This document shows, one piece after another, positions 35,401 to 45,479 of a stretch of 51,973 nt of DNA. This DNA comes from Catajapyx aquilonaris (Eukaryota): the NCBI GenBank assembly GCA_000934665.2, contig KZ538719.1, positions 1 to 51,973 of the forward strand, read 5' to 3'. Each line of letters starts with the position of its first letter. Position 1 is the stretch's first letter. Below the pieces are notes generated by a model, which was not told where the DNA came from, did not search any database, and was given only the letters and a program-made list of their open reading frames with translations. The translations under genes and the position numbers were made by a program.

Positions 35401-38400
35401 CGCGTCATTTGTCTGGCTTCTGGCTGGAGGGTGTAGGGTGTTGTGCCAACTGGAGGAGTCCAGATTGAAACCGCGGCTGGGCTTCGAGATTTCAATCCGG
35501 GAAGGNNNNNNNNNNNNNNNNNNNNNNNNNNNNNNNNNNNNNNNNNNNNNNNNNNNNNNNNNNNNNNNNNNNNNNNNNNNNNNNNNNNNNNNNNNNNNNN
35601 NNNNNNNNNNNNNNNNNNNNNNNNNNNNNNNNNNNNNNNNNNNNNNNNNNNNNNNNNNNNNNNNNNNNNNNNNNNNNNNNNNNNNNNNNNNNNNGAGAGA
35701 GAGAGAGAGAAAAGGAGGGGCATGGGACCCAATTCAAAAGCTGTCTGGCCATCTTTATGCCGATGGCGTCTCCGTTTCCTCCTCCCAGAGAAAGAGGATC
35801 CAAAAACCACTAGTGGGGCCCCAGCTGAGTCCTTCTCTCCCCCTTCCTTGTTACCCAAGAAGGACAAAATCCCGTTTCTACTAGAAAACATCTGGGACGG
35901 CTGGAAATGCCATCTGCAGGTGCAGTGTCATGCCAGTTGTGATTTGCAGCTACATGTGTGAGAACCAAAAAAAAGAAGAAGAAGAGGAAATGTGGAGTGT
36001 ATTGATTGTAGGTTTTTGAAATGGGCTGGGTTTTTTCCCCTGGTTCGTTCCAATGCCAAAGGGAATATAAATCAGCAATCAAGACGAGTCGAAGGCGCGG
36101 GCATATGCCCCAAAGCGATGTCGGAGGGCGTCTGTATGTATTTATGGGTCTTTGATGAATGGCGCGAGAGGGGGGGACAGGAAGCTCCAAATGGTTGCAT
36201 CTCGAATTTCAAATCCCACGAATTTTTTTTCTGTGTGGGGTGGGGGATGTCGGAACATCTCATCTTACATGTATATGCGCTTCTGCTGGGTGGGGATTTC
36301 ACTTGCTGCATTAAAAATGGACGGGGGTGTGAAATATTGCTTTTTAAAATGTGCAAATTGAATGGGTACGCCTCCTCGTCCTTTGCCAGACCGGCAGAGG
36401 CGACGGGGTCCTCTTGTGATGTTGAGGACATTAGAGGCTGGGCTGCACATGCGGGCGGGAAAATTGGATTAGTTGTGCAGCGGGATAGTGTGAGTGTGCG
36501 TGTCAGAGAGGGGGGGGTGAGGATAGGGGATCTCATGTGCTCCCAGGAGAAACTGAAGTCTGGAAGCCACTAAAACCAGCCCTCGAGAAGAGCAGGGCTT
36601 TCATTTGCCACCAGTCTAAGCTGGTGGACGGAACGGACACTGCCCCAAAAAGTCCCCTTTGCAAGGGGAAAATGACTACCTTCACAAGTGGCTGAATTCG
36701 AAATTAACCATAGTAATTCAATGCGACGGGCTAACAAGATACCGCGCCAGGTGCGGATTATTTCAAACATTAAATACCACGACAATTGCGAGGCTGTTGA
36801 ATGCCCTCAGCCTGTTGTTGGAAGGAACCTCCTGCATTCCAGTCACGTGCGTGATGGCAAAGGAGTCGGTGTGCTGAGGTAATGATTATTCCAGCCAAAT
36901 GCAGCCGTGTCCCTCTCTTGATCCCTTCCACCATTCACGTACCTGCGACACACCTCTGACTCTGAAAGAAGAGGGGGCTCGGTCTCCCAGAAAGAACTAT
37001 TCACCCTCGCATTCCGCCTACTCATCCTCATCATGTTGTATTCCTCAAGCCGACTTTGGCCTTTAATTAGACGAGGGGATATGTCTTGAGACACACCCCC
37101 AGCCTCTTACTAATGCCTTTTTGTGTTTTTTAAATTTCAGCTGGCGTTGGTGATTGAGAATCTTCCGACCCTTCAAGGACAGTTCCTGTGTGCGTTCAAA
37201 GCATTTGGCAAGACTTTGGTGACAAACGCGACCCGTACGGCCAACGGCGTGTCGTGCGCCACACCGCGAACAGATGCCCTTCCGCCCATACCACCTGGAC
37301 AGCGTAAGTTCAATTTCCTGAAAACGAGCATTACTCAGAGGGGGGGTTGCTGGAGAAAACAAAAAAAAAGAGACGGACTTTGAGGAGGCGTCCAATCGGA
37401 AAATGGGTCTCAGATCATCCGACCGGCTGAACACTCATATTTCACCTGTCACATGAAAAGATGGTGTGCTTGCTGAGGGGATGGTTTATCTGCTCTGGAC
37501 CATGGAAGCTTGTGGATTTCATTTGAGGAGGGGAGACCCACGCGTCGGATCCGGCCTGGTCATCCCAGGTTCCCAATGAAAAAGAAGGATTGCTTTGTGG
37601 TCAGATGGGCAGAGAATCTGCTCGTCACCTTCCCAGCAGAAAATGCTTAAGAGGTTGTGAAAATGGGAACAAACCTTCGCACTCTCACGCCCGATTTTGC
37701 ACGTCCCGAAGGCATAAGGCGTGCAGTTACGAGTTACGCTCATTACGACTTTTCATTACGGGGCCGTCCTTTGTATTTACGCCCAGACCATAGGATAGGC
37801 AAAGGCCCCCTCCCCCCCAAAAAAAACCCCGTTCACTTCTTACCCGCCGTGCTGCCCATTATACAGTTCCAATGTGGCAATTTGTGCAGAAACACGCACT
37901 TGGGAACATTACACCGAGCTTTTGAACTATTCAAATCGGCTGGAGCCTATGGGTTATTTCCGCTCTTTCACTCTCGGACAAGACTAGTAGGTTGTAGTCA
38001 GCCCCCTCCATTTTTTTTTGTGTGTGTGTGCGCTATTCTCTATATTGCATACATTCTTTATTCACATGACAGAATGACACGCTCCATAATATATAGGTCG
38101 CATGCAAGCAAAAAGCAAGCCTCAGATTCAGTCTATCCGTTGAATTATTTAAGCAGCTCGTTTCTGTCCCGTTCTTTCATTTCCCCAGCTCGGGGTCGCC
38201 CGCCCCCGCAACCGTATCAATTTTTCACGCATTCCGCCGGTTATCATTCTGCCAGAGGGACGCCAAGAGTTGGGCAGGAATGAAGACGGAAAAGTGCCTC
38301 TTTTCCCCTAGAAAAAAAAAAAGTGGTGGAAATGTCCACATTACATGTGAATAACGGTATTGATTCCCTTGAAGGTAAATGGTGACTGATTGCAGCAAGT

Positions 38401-41400
38401 AATGGACACTGGTGCAGACTTCCCCCTTTTTTTCCCCCCCCCCCAAAAAAAAAGAGAGTAATCTTTCTTTCCCCTTATACGTCCCCCTGTTCTTCCATTA
38501 AAGTTTTAAATTCGAGGCTGATGGCGCTAATTTCAGGCTTTGTGCTGCGATGAAAAGCACGCCAGGGTCGGGCGTTACTCATATTGATTCCATCTTCTTT
38601 TCCCCCTCCACTCTACTCCCAAAGCTTTTTCCAGCTGGATTTTAGCTGTGATTGGGATGCTTAGTTGCCCCACCTTTCCGCAAATTAGGTGACAATTTTT
38701 TTCCCCCAGAAAAAAATGTCACCTGTGACATTGATTCACATAGGCAGCCGTTGGTTCCTTTAGTATTCTGGAGAGCTGAGCTCGTCAACATTCCGGGACA
38801 TTTCCTTTTGTAGGCGTAGCGAGTTACATGCTTGCAAAAAAAAAATTTGTCTGATGGTGTGGACTGGGGAGGGGGGAAGGTCTTTACCGTGTCATCGGCA
38901 ATTGGAGTCAAATTAGGCTGAAAGGCAATTTGGCAGTGGGAAGAGGAGAAGGGATAATGATAGTGGGAGTGGTTGCCGCCTTGCATACGCAAAATGAGAC
39001 TCGTTTTACCCTCCCTCCCCATCCTCTGCTTTCATTCCTCCCGCGCTTAACCATTAACAAACGGCCAAGGATCACTTTTTATCTACTCCCGCCCATCCAT
39101 ATTAATAACTAAACCTATTTGCCTCCGGGGGGATTAATGAGCTGAAATGAGCTTTTGCTTCGGCGAAGGGTATCCTTCACGTGTGCTTACCCATGCCTCT
39201 ATGTGCACGCTTGGATATTTGTTTTTGTTATTTACCCCTGGAGGGAGGGTATGGGGGTGGCCAGATCCTCGTTACTCTCGGCTGGATAACTCTACCCAGC
39301 ATAATGCTGCTGGATATTAAACTTGAGATCAGATTAATGCGGCGCCTGCATTATTAAAGATGTATCCTGCGAGTTAGACTGTCGCGGTGCAAATGAGCCT
39401 TGCGGGTTGGCCTGAATAGTAAGGATAACTTGTGTTTTCCACCCTTGTACAGTTGGAGGGGATCTCCCGAGAGATTGGCTTTGGCTTTTGAGCGGCAGAT
39501 ATATATATATATATATATAGAGAGAGAGGAGAGGTGGCTGTCAGTGGGCAAATCTTGGCGTCACTCAGCCCCTCTGAATTTTGCTACCCCTAGATGCCTG
39601 GTTTGGAAATCATAGGCAGGCTTATGAGGTTTTCGAGGAAGGGAAGGGAGGGCTCCGGGGGTTCCTAGGGAGGAAGGGAAAGCTCTTCCCCTTCTCTCAG
39701 CAGCATACGTTTCCCCGGAGCCTCCGGTTTTGCTTGCATGGTAGCTCTTTTGTATTCCACGCTGTGTTTGGTTTCAGCAGGGCAGGAGGAAGGAGAAGGA
39801 GAGTAGTGAGCAGTGCTGCTGCTGCTGCCTAAGGCTTTTAATATCATTACGGCTCCCTCCTAACTCAGGAGTTTGGCAAATACATATTCCGCCCTTTTGA
39901 CTCCCCTGAAAATCCGTATGGTGCGAAAAGCAGATGAAATCAACTGAGTCAGCTGCTGGCTGTGGGGGTTTGAGATGTGCATGGAGCTGGCAGGGAGATA
40001 ACAAAACCAATGCATTTGAGAGGTTTGGGGTTGACCGTGCTCGTTGTCTTGTTTTGCAGATCACTTCTCGGCCAAGCTGTCTGTTCGGATGACTACTGGG
40101 CCGGATTTTGTGGCGACTGACTTCACTTTCTTTGACTGCAACACTTACGTATCATGCACCCACTGCGTCTCGTCCAATTTCCCTTGCGACTGGTGTGTGG
40201 ATGGCCACCGATGCACACATGACACAGCTGAGAACTGTCGGAACGACATACTGGTCACTGGAGTCAATGTAAGAGAACACCTGATATGTTCCTTTCTTTA
40301 AGAACATCACCTGTAAGCTCCACTTGCAAATAAATAATTATAATAATTATAATTATAATTATATTATTATAATAATTATAAATTGAGATCATTACGGTAC
40401 ATATTAGCCAGGTTGCAAGCTTCAAAAAGATATTGTTACACTATATCATTGTAGAAATTGCATATCTTGCACATTTTATCATGTTTTTCTTTCACTCTAT
40501 CAAAGTTCAATAAATCTTGCCAGCAAATGTCTGTTAATATTTGCCCATGCTGATATATGTACGGTGAAGGAAGATTTATTAAATAATGCGAGTAGTGATA
40601 TTTGCCTTCAACCATTTCATTCCCTGACTTGAAAACTAATTTCTTCTTGTGTGTTTCAGCGAATTGGGCCAAGCATCAGGAGTGGTCCTGGATTCTGTCC
40701 TCGAATCAACGCGACTGCCAGTGGGTCCACAGAGATCCTGGTTTCATCAGGGATCAAGAAGAGCATCAGGGTGAAAGTGGACAACATTGCTGTAAGTTTC
40801 ATAGTTATGTATGAAATGGAAAGATTTTTGTTCACCTGCAATAACAATGTTCGTTTTCCTTACAGCAATTCATTGTGCAGACTAGATTCGTGTGCCAATT
40901 CAATATTGAGGGGAGGGTGACAAGCGTAAATGCTCAGCTAATTGGTGACACCATCTACTGTGATGCCATGGAGTTTTCATACACTTCCCATGCACCAAAC
41001 ATCACTGCCACGTTTGCTGTCATCTGGGGCGGATCCAAGCCACTGGACAATCCTGACAATATTCATGGTAAAGATGTCTGCATTTAAATAGAATAATTTG
41101 ACAGAACTGTTTACAAGTTGCATTGATGCAATCAGGTTACATGTAACATGAGTTGCTAAGTCAAAGTCATTTTGCAGTGCTGATCTACCGTTGCCGCGAC
41201 ATGGCCGACAATTGTGGAATGTGCCTGGCTCTATCGGAGAAGTACATGTGTGGATGGTGCCAGAGCTCAAATAGATGCGAGGTGAAAGAGCAGTGTGATG
41301 GTGGAGATGGCGTGTGGCTTAACCGTGAACAGACCTGCCCAAATCCCGAGGTCCATCATTTTGAGCCACAGCTGGGACCATGGGAAGGTGGCACCAACAT

Positions 41401-44400
41401 TACCATTGTGGGCATCAACCTTGGCAAGACCTTCCAGGACATCTACAGTGGGGTGACAGTGGCCGGAATCCAGTGTGAGCCCTACGAGCAGCTGTATGTC
41501 AAGACGAAGCAGATTGTGTGCAAGGTGGATGGGCCGGGCACATCTGAACCAAGGGAAGGGCCGGTGCTGGTGAGAGTTGCTGATTTTCGAGCAGAGTCCA
41601 GCCAGCACTACCACTTTGTGGATCCAGTAGTGGAGTCCATCCACCCAGAGTACGGGCCCATGTCTGGTGGGACACGTGTTACCATACGTGGAGGGTACAT
41701 GAACGCAGGGAGCCAGGTGTTTGCCTTCATCGACAACATACCATGCAAAATACTCAGGTAAGAAGGAAATAAAAACCATATTTGGTTTCATGGGTGCCCG
41801 TAAACCTAGGTTGAGATATGAGACTAATGTCATATGCCTTTACAGAACGGAACCCAATCTGGCTTTGTGCATAACGGGTGCTTCAGACCGGGAACGTAAC
41901 GGAACTCTCAGGATGAAGTTTGACAAGGGTGATCGGGTTTTTGACAAGGAGAGATTCAAGTATGTGCAGGATCCCAAGATTGACTACGCAGGGTCAGGAG
42001 CTGCTGGACAGGTGAAGATACCGAAGGGAATACCTGCTGGAGGAATCACCATCAATGTTGGCGGAAGCAACTTGAACTTTGTCCAGGACCCACAGATCTA
42101 CGTACTGAGTGATGGCCACCGATACACAAGTGTGAGTAGACTTTTACAACACGTCTCAGCTACGTTACCTTAAGTTAAATCTTAAGTTAAATGAGACTAC
42201 ACTAATATATTGTAAATGAAAATGTGAAACCTGGCTCTTCCTTCTGTGCTAACATGCTTGCAGGCACTTCCATAACATGAGTCATGTACACGAATTTCCA
42301 GAGAAGGGTAGAAGACGATAATTATTTTCTTATCTACAACATCCTGGTCCATTCATTTTGGCAAGCCATATGAATGCAGATGGTTAAAGTTTTTTTGACC
42401 AAGGGTCAGATTAGGAGAGAAAGACTGATTCAGCCACATGTAACCTTTTTCCTAACGTAGCCTTGGATACTTTGAATGTGTAATAATGCATTTTTCAAAT
42501 CCTCCAGCCTTGCACTGTTATTGATGACCGCAACATGGCCTGCAAGTCCCCTCGAATTGACGTTGGCAACCAGAGGATCAATCCCGACGACCCTCTCCGC
42601 TTGGAGTATGGCTTCTTGATGGACAACGTCCGTGGAGTGCAGAATCTTTCAAACGGAACTGGCTTCAGTCCCTTCTACCTCTACCCTAACCCAGAGTATG
42701 ACAAGTTTGACGAAGAGGTGAAATACTACAAGTCGGACTACCTGACTATCAATGGATATCACCTTGACCGTGCTTCTCAAGAGTTAGATGTGGTTGTTCG
42801 CATTGGAACTAGCTACTGCAATGTGACGTCACTGAGTCGCAACCAGTTGACCTGCAGGCCACCTACATCCCAGCCGCCTGCAATGGGTCCAAATGGTCGG
42901 AGTGACACCAAAGAGCTTCCTGAGGTGGTTGTGATTGTGGGTGACGCACTCACTTTTCCCATTGGAAAGTTGAGTTATGCACCACCAACTGGTGCAGATG
43001 GAAATGTGCCAAAATCTGTAATAATTGCAGTTGCATGTGGTGGGTTTGTGCTTCTTGTAGTGGTTGTTGGCATTCTAATAGCATACAAGCGTAAGAGTAC
43101 AGAAAGCAGTCGTGTGCTTAAAAACATGCAAGAACAGATGGACGTCTTGGAGTTGCGAGTTGCTGCTGAGTGCAAGGAAGCATTTGCAGAGCTTCAGACT
43201 GAAATGACTGACCTGACCAGCGATTTGACTTCGGGTGGAATACCATATCTGGATTATCGTGGCTATGCTATGAAAATCCTCTTCCCTAACGTTGATGACC
43301 ATGCTGTTCTGCAATGGGAGAGACCTGAACTGCAGAGACGTGACAAAGGCCTCCGTCAATTTGGCCAGCTTGTAATGAACAAAACATTCCTTCTCCTCTT
43401 CATCCGCACTCTTGAAAGCAACCGTTATTTCTCCATGCGTGACCGTGTGAATGTTGCATCACTCATCATGGTTACCCTACAGAGCAAAATGGAATATTGC
43501 ACCGATATTCTCAAGACGCTTCTTGCTGAACTGATTGAGAGGTGCATGGAAGGCAAAAGCCATCCAAAACTACTACTTCGTCGGACTGAAAGTGTTGCAG
43601 AAAAGATGCTCTCAGCCTGGTTCACTTTTCTTCTGTACAAGTTCCTCCGTGAATGTGCTGGTGAACCACTTTATTTGCTATTCCGTGCTATCAAGCAGCA
43701 GGTTGACAAAGGCCCAGTGGATGCCATCACCAGCGAGGCCCGCTATTCCCTAAGCGAGGAGAAGCTTATACGCCAATCAATTGACTACAAGCCTATCACT
43801 GTGTTTGTGTCCATGTCCCCGCAGACCATGTATGCTAGTGGGCTGGACCCTAACGTGGAGAATGCAGACATTCCAGTGAAGAGTCTGGACTGCGACACCA
43901 TATCTCAGGTTAAGGAAAAGGCTCTGGACACTATCTACAGGTCCACTTCGTACAGCCAGAGGCCCAGAAAGGAGGACCTTGATTTGGAGTGGAGGACTGG
44001 GACCTCAGGCCGCCTCATCCTGTACGACGAGGACACTACCACCAAGGTGGAGGGCGACTGGAAGAAGCTCAACACTTTGGGCCACTACAGGGTAAGGAAA
44101 CGGAAGCACTGCTTTTTAAATGTATCCAGTATATCTCCGACTGGAATCTGGTTCATAGTGCATTTTCATATTTCCAGGTTCCAGATGGTGCCCTTCTAAC
44201 TCTAGTCCCAAAGCAGTCGTCCATGTACAACATCTCCATCCTGTCTGAGAAATCAGAAAAGTCTCACAAGTACGAGACGCTGAACCTGTCCAAGTTCAGC
44301 TCGGCCAGCCCTCCCCTGAGCCGGGCCACCTCCCCACTGAACCATGATCATGAGAGTGGGATGAAGCTCTGGCATCTGGTCAAGCACCACGATGCAGACA

Positions 44401-45479
44401 ACCAGCGAGAAGGGGAAAGAGGGAACAAGATGGTCTCAGAGATTTACCTCACCCGCCTCCTGGCCACCAAAGGAACCTTGCAGAAGTTTGTCGATGATCT
44501 CTTCGAAACCATCTTCAGCATTGCCCACAGGGGAAGTGCACTGCCACTGGCCATCAAGTACATGTTTGATTTCCTGGACGATCAGGCTCTACAGCATGGG
44601 ATTACTGATCCAGAGGTTGTGCACACATGGAAAAGCAATAGGTAAATACATTTTCTGCTACTTTGTCAGTATTCTGTTGTGCCAAAATAGAGAATTAGGA
44701 TCATCAAATGGTGTTTGCCTGTACTTTGCAGCTTGCCTCTCCGGTTTTGGGTGAACCTCATCAAGAATCCAAACTTTGTGTTTGATATTCATAAGTCAAA
44801 TATTGTGGATTCCTGCCTGTCGGTTGTGGCACAGACCTTCATGGACTCCTGTTCCACATCAGACCACAGATTGGGTAAGAACACCGTAACCAGATGCTTG
44901 ATTTTGCAGGTTCGTATTTATCTTCTCCTTATTAATGACATTGCCCATTGACCCCCTTTAGGGAAGGATTCTCCAAGCTCGAAGCTTCTCTATGCGAAAG
45001 ACATTCCAACCTACAAGGAGTGGGTCGAGAGGTACTACACAGACATCAAGGGCATGCCGGCCATTTCTGACCAGGACATGAATGCCATGCTAGCAGAAGA
45101 GTCCAGGGTAAGTGCCGCAATAGTTCTGTTTATCTTAATACTCACGACTGACCTGGCTTTGTACAGGTTTGTTCCAGTTGTGTGCTTACATCGGAGATGC
45201 ACCAAGTGCAATTTGATGTATTTCTGTACTTTGAATGTGTGGTGATCTGAACTTTGATGCTTACTCTTGGGTGTACATTACAATGCGATTTGAATCTTTC
45301 AGATCCACACAAATGAGTTCAACACAAACTGTGCCCTTCACGAGCTGTACCTCTATGCAGTGAAGTACAACGAGCAGCTTCTCATTACTTTAGAAGAGGA
45401 TGAATTTTCACAAAAGCAGAGGTTGGCCTACAAGCTGGAGCAGGTGCACAACATTATGGCACAGGAGACCAATCAGTGA
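20290..45479 (+). CDS. PlexA: Plexin A (semaphorin receptor), 5'-partial; 14 coding exons: 20290-20418, 29875-29975, 35099-35228, 37141-37303, 40060-40268, 40660-40791, 40866-41067, 41178-41757, 41846-42131, 42508-44091, 44178-44641, 44732-44874, 44962-45107, 45303-45479
   Basis: Manual splicing at GT-AG sites gives an uninterrupted 4446-nt frame (1481 aa + TGA). It contains PSI motifs ([36 protein letters not shown]), IPT/TIG repeats ([22 protein letters not shown]), a TM helix followed by KRK, and the GAP arginine motifs LLRRTES and NSLPLRFW. This closely resembles arthropod PlexA as I recall it. The signal peptide and most of the Sema domain lie outside the window. Confidence 0.97.
26705..26983. 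repeat. TCGA-rich tandem array (~30-bp monomer, 60-bp dimer), probable degenerate Tc1/pogo-type MITE
   Basis: 26838-26897 and 26898-26957 match at 54/60 positions. TCGA/NCGA recurs about every 10 bp. The right end ...TCGAACTCTACCG is followed by TA, and the left end AAAGTCTATCCGCGATAAATCGA is a loose inverted counterpart. Confidence 0.75.
29875..29975 (+). CDS. PlexA: Plexin A exon, PSI-1 ([33 protein letters not shown])
   Basis: Acceptor tttcag|GTG and donor AA|gtgagt; 101 nt, phase 0-2; canonical CxxCL..DPYCGWC. The ORF track misses it. Confidence 0.96.
35099..35228 (+). CDS. PlexA: Plexin A exon ([43 protein letters not shown])
   Basis: Acceptor ttttgtag|G and donor ACG|gtaaga; 130 nt, phase 2-0; completes PSI-1. 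Confidence 0.96.
35506..35694. other. Assembly gap (189 N) adjoining a (GA)n microsatellite
   Basis: Run of N followed by GAGAGA... to 35710. Confidence 0.99.
37141..37303 (+). CDS. PlexA: Plexin A exon, first TIG-like domain ([19 protein letters not shown]...[16 protein letters not shown])
   Basis: Acceptor tttcag|CTG and donor C|gtaagt; 163 nt, phase 0-1. Confidence 0.95.
39499..39528 (+). repeat. Compound (AT)10(AG)5 microsatellite
   Basis: Read directly from the sequence. Confidence 0.9.
40060..40268 (+). CDS. PlexA: Plexin A exon, PSI-2 ([10 protein letters not shown]...[23 protein letters not shown]...NDILVTGVN)
   Basis: Acceptor ttttgcag|AT and donor AAT|gtaaga; 209 nt, phase 1-0. 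Confidence 0.96.
40328..40384. repeat. Pure-AT low-complexity (TAA/ATT)n tract
   Basis: aaataaataattataataattataattataattatattattataataattataaatt contains no G or C. Confidence 0.9.
40660..40791 (+). CDS. PlexA: Plexin A exon ([18 protein letters not shown]...KVDNIA)
   Basis: Acceptor tttcag|CGA and donor GCT|gtaagt; 132 nt, phase 0-0. Confidence 0.96.
40866..41067 (+). CDS. PlexA: Plexin A exon ([18 protein letters not shown]...[14 protein letters not shown])
   Basis: Acceptor ccttacag|CAA and donor G|gtaaag; 202 nt, phase 0-1. Confidence 0.96.
41178..41757 (+). CDS. PlexA: Plexin A exon, PSI-3 and IPT domains
   Basis: Acceptor tttgcag|TG and donor AG|gtaaga; 580 nt, phase 1-2; lies within ORF 41153-41761. 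Confidence 0.97.
41846..42131 (+). CDS. PlexA: Plexin A exon, IPT domains ([13 protein letters not shown]...GHRYTS)
   Basis: Acceptor tttacag|A and donor AGT|gtgagt; 286 nt, phase 2-0. Confidence 0.95.
42508..44091 (+). CDS. PlexA: Plexin A large exon: last IPT, transmembrane helix, juxtamembrane coiled coil, GAP segment 1 and RBD
   Basis: Acceptor cctccag|CCT and donor AGG|gtaagg; 1584 nt, phase 0-0; [25 protein letters not shown] followed by KRK; contains [11 protein letters not shown] and [17 protein letters not shown]. Confidence 0.98.
44178..44641 (+). CDS. PlexA: Plexin A exon, RBD end and GAP segment 2 (VPDGA...WHLVKH...[22 protein letters not shown]...HTWKSN)
   Basis: Acceptor tttccag|GTT and donor AG|gtaaat; 464 nt, phase 0-2. 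Confidence 0.97.
44732..44874 (+). CDS. PlexA: Plexin A exon ([20 protein letters not shown]...DHRL)
   Basis: Acceptor tttgcag|C and donor G|gtaaga; 143 nt, phase 2-1. Confidence 0.97.
44962..45107 (+). CDS. PlexA: Plexin A exon ([16 protein letters not shown]...LAEESR)
   Basis: Acceptor cctttag|GG and donor AGG|gtaagt; 146 nt, phase 1-0. Confidence 0.97.
45303..45479 (+). CDS. PlexA: Plexin A terminal coding exon ([16 protein letters not shown]...[10 protein letters not shown])
   Basis: Acceptor tttcag|ATC; 177 nt ending in TGA at 45477-45479. Confidence 0.96.
   Translation: MHTNEFNTNCALHELYLYAVKYNEQLLITLEEDEFSQKQRLAYKLEQVHNIMAQETNQ

Noticed and set aside
35171..35961. Long ORFs of 103-237 aa spanning 35.2-36 kb
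   Set aside because: Their length is an artefact of the 189-N gap.
42169..42192. Exact 12-bp tandem duplication CTTAAGTTAAAT x2
   Set aside because: An ordinary slippage duplication in an intron with no further structure.
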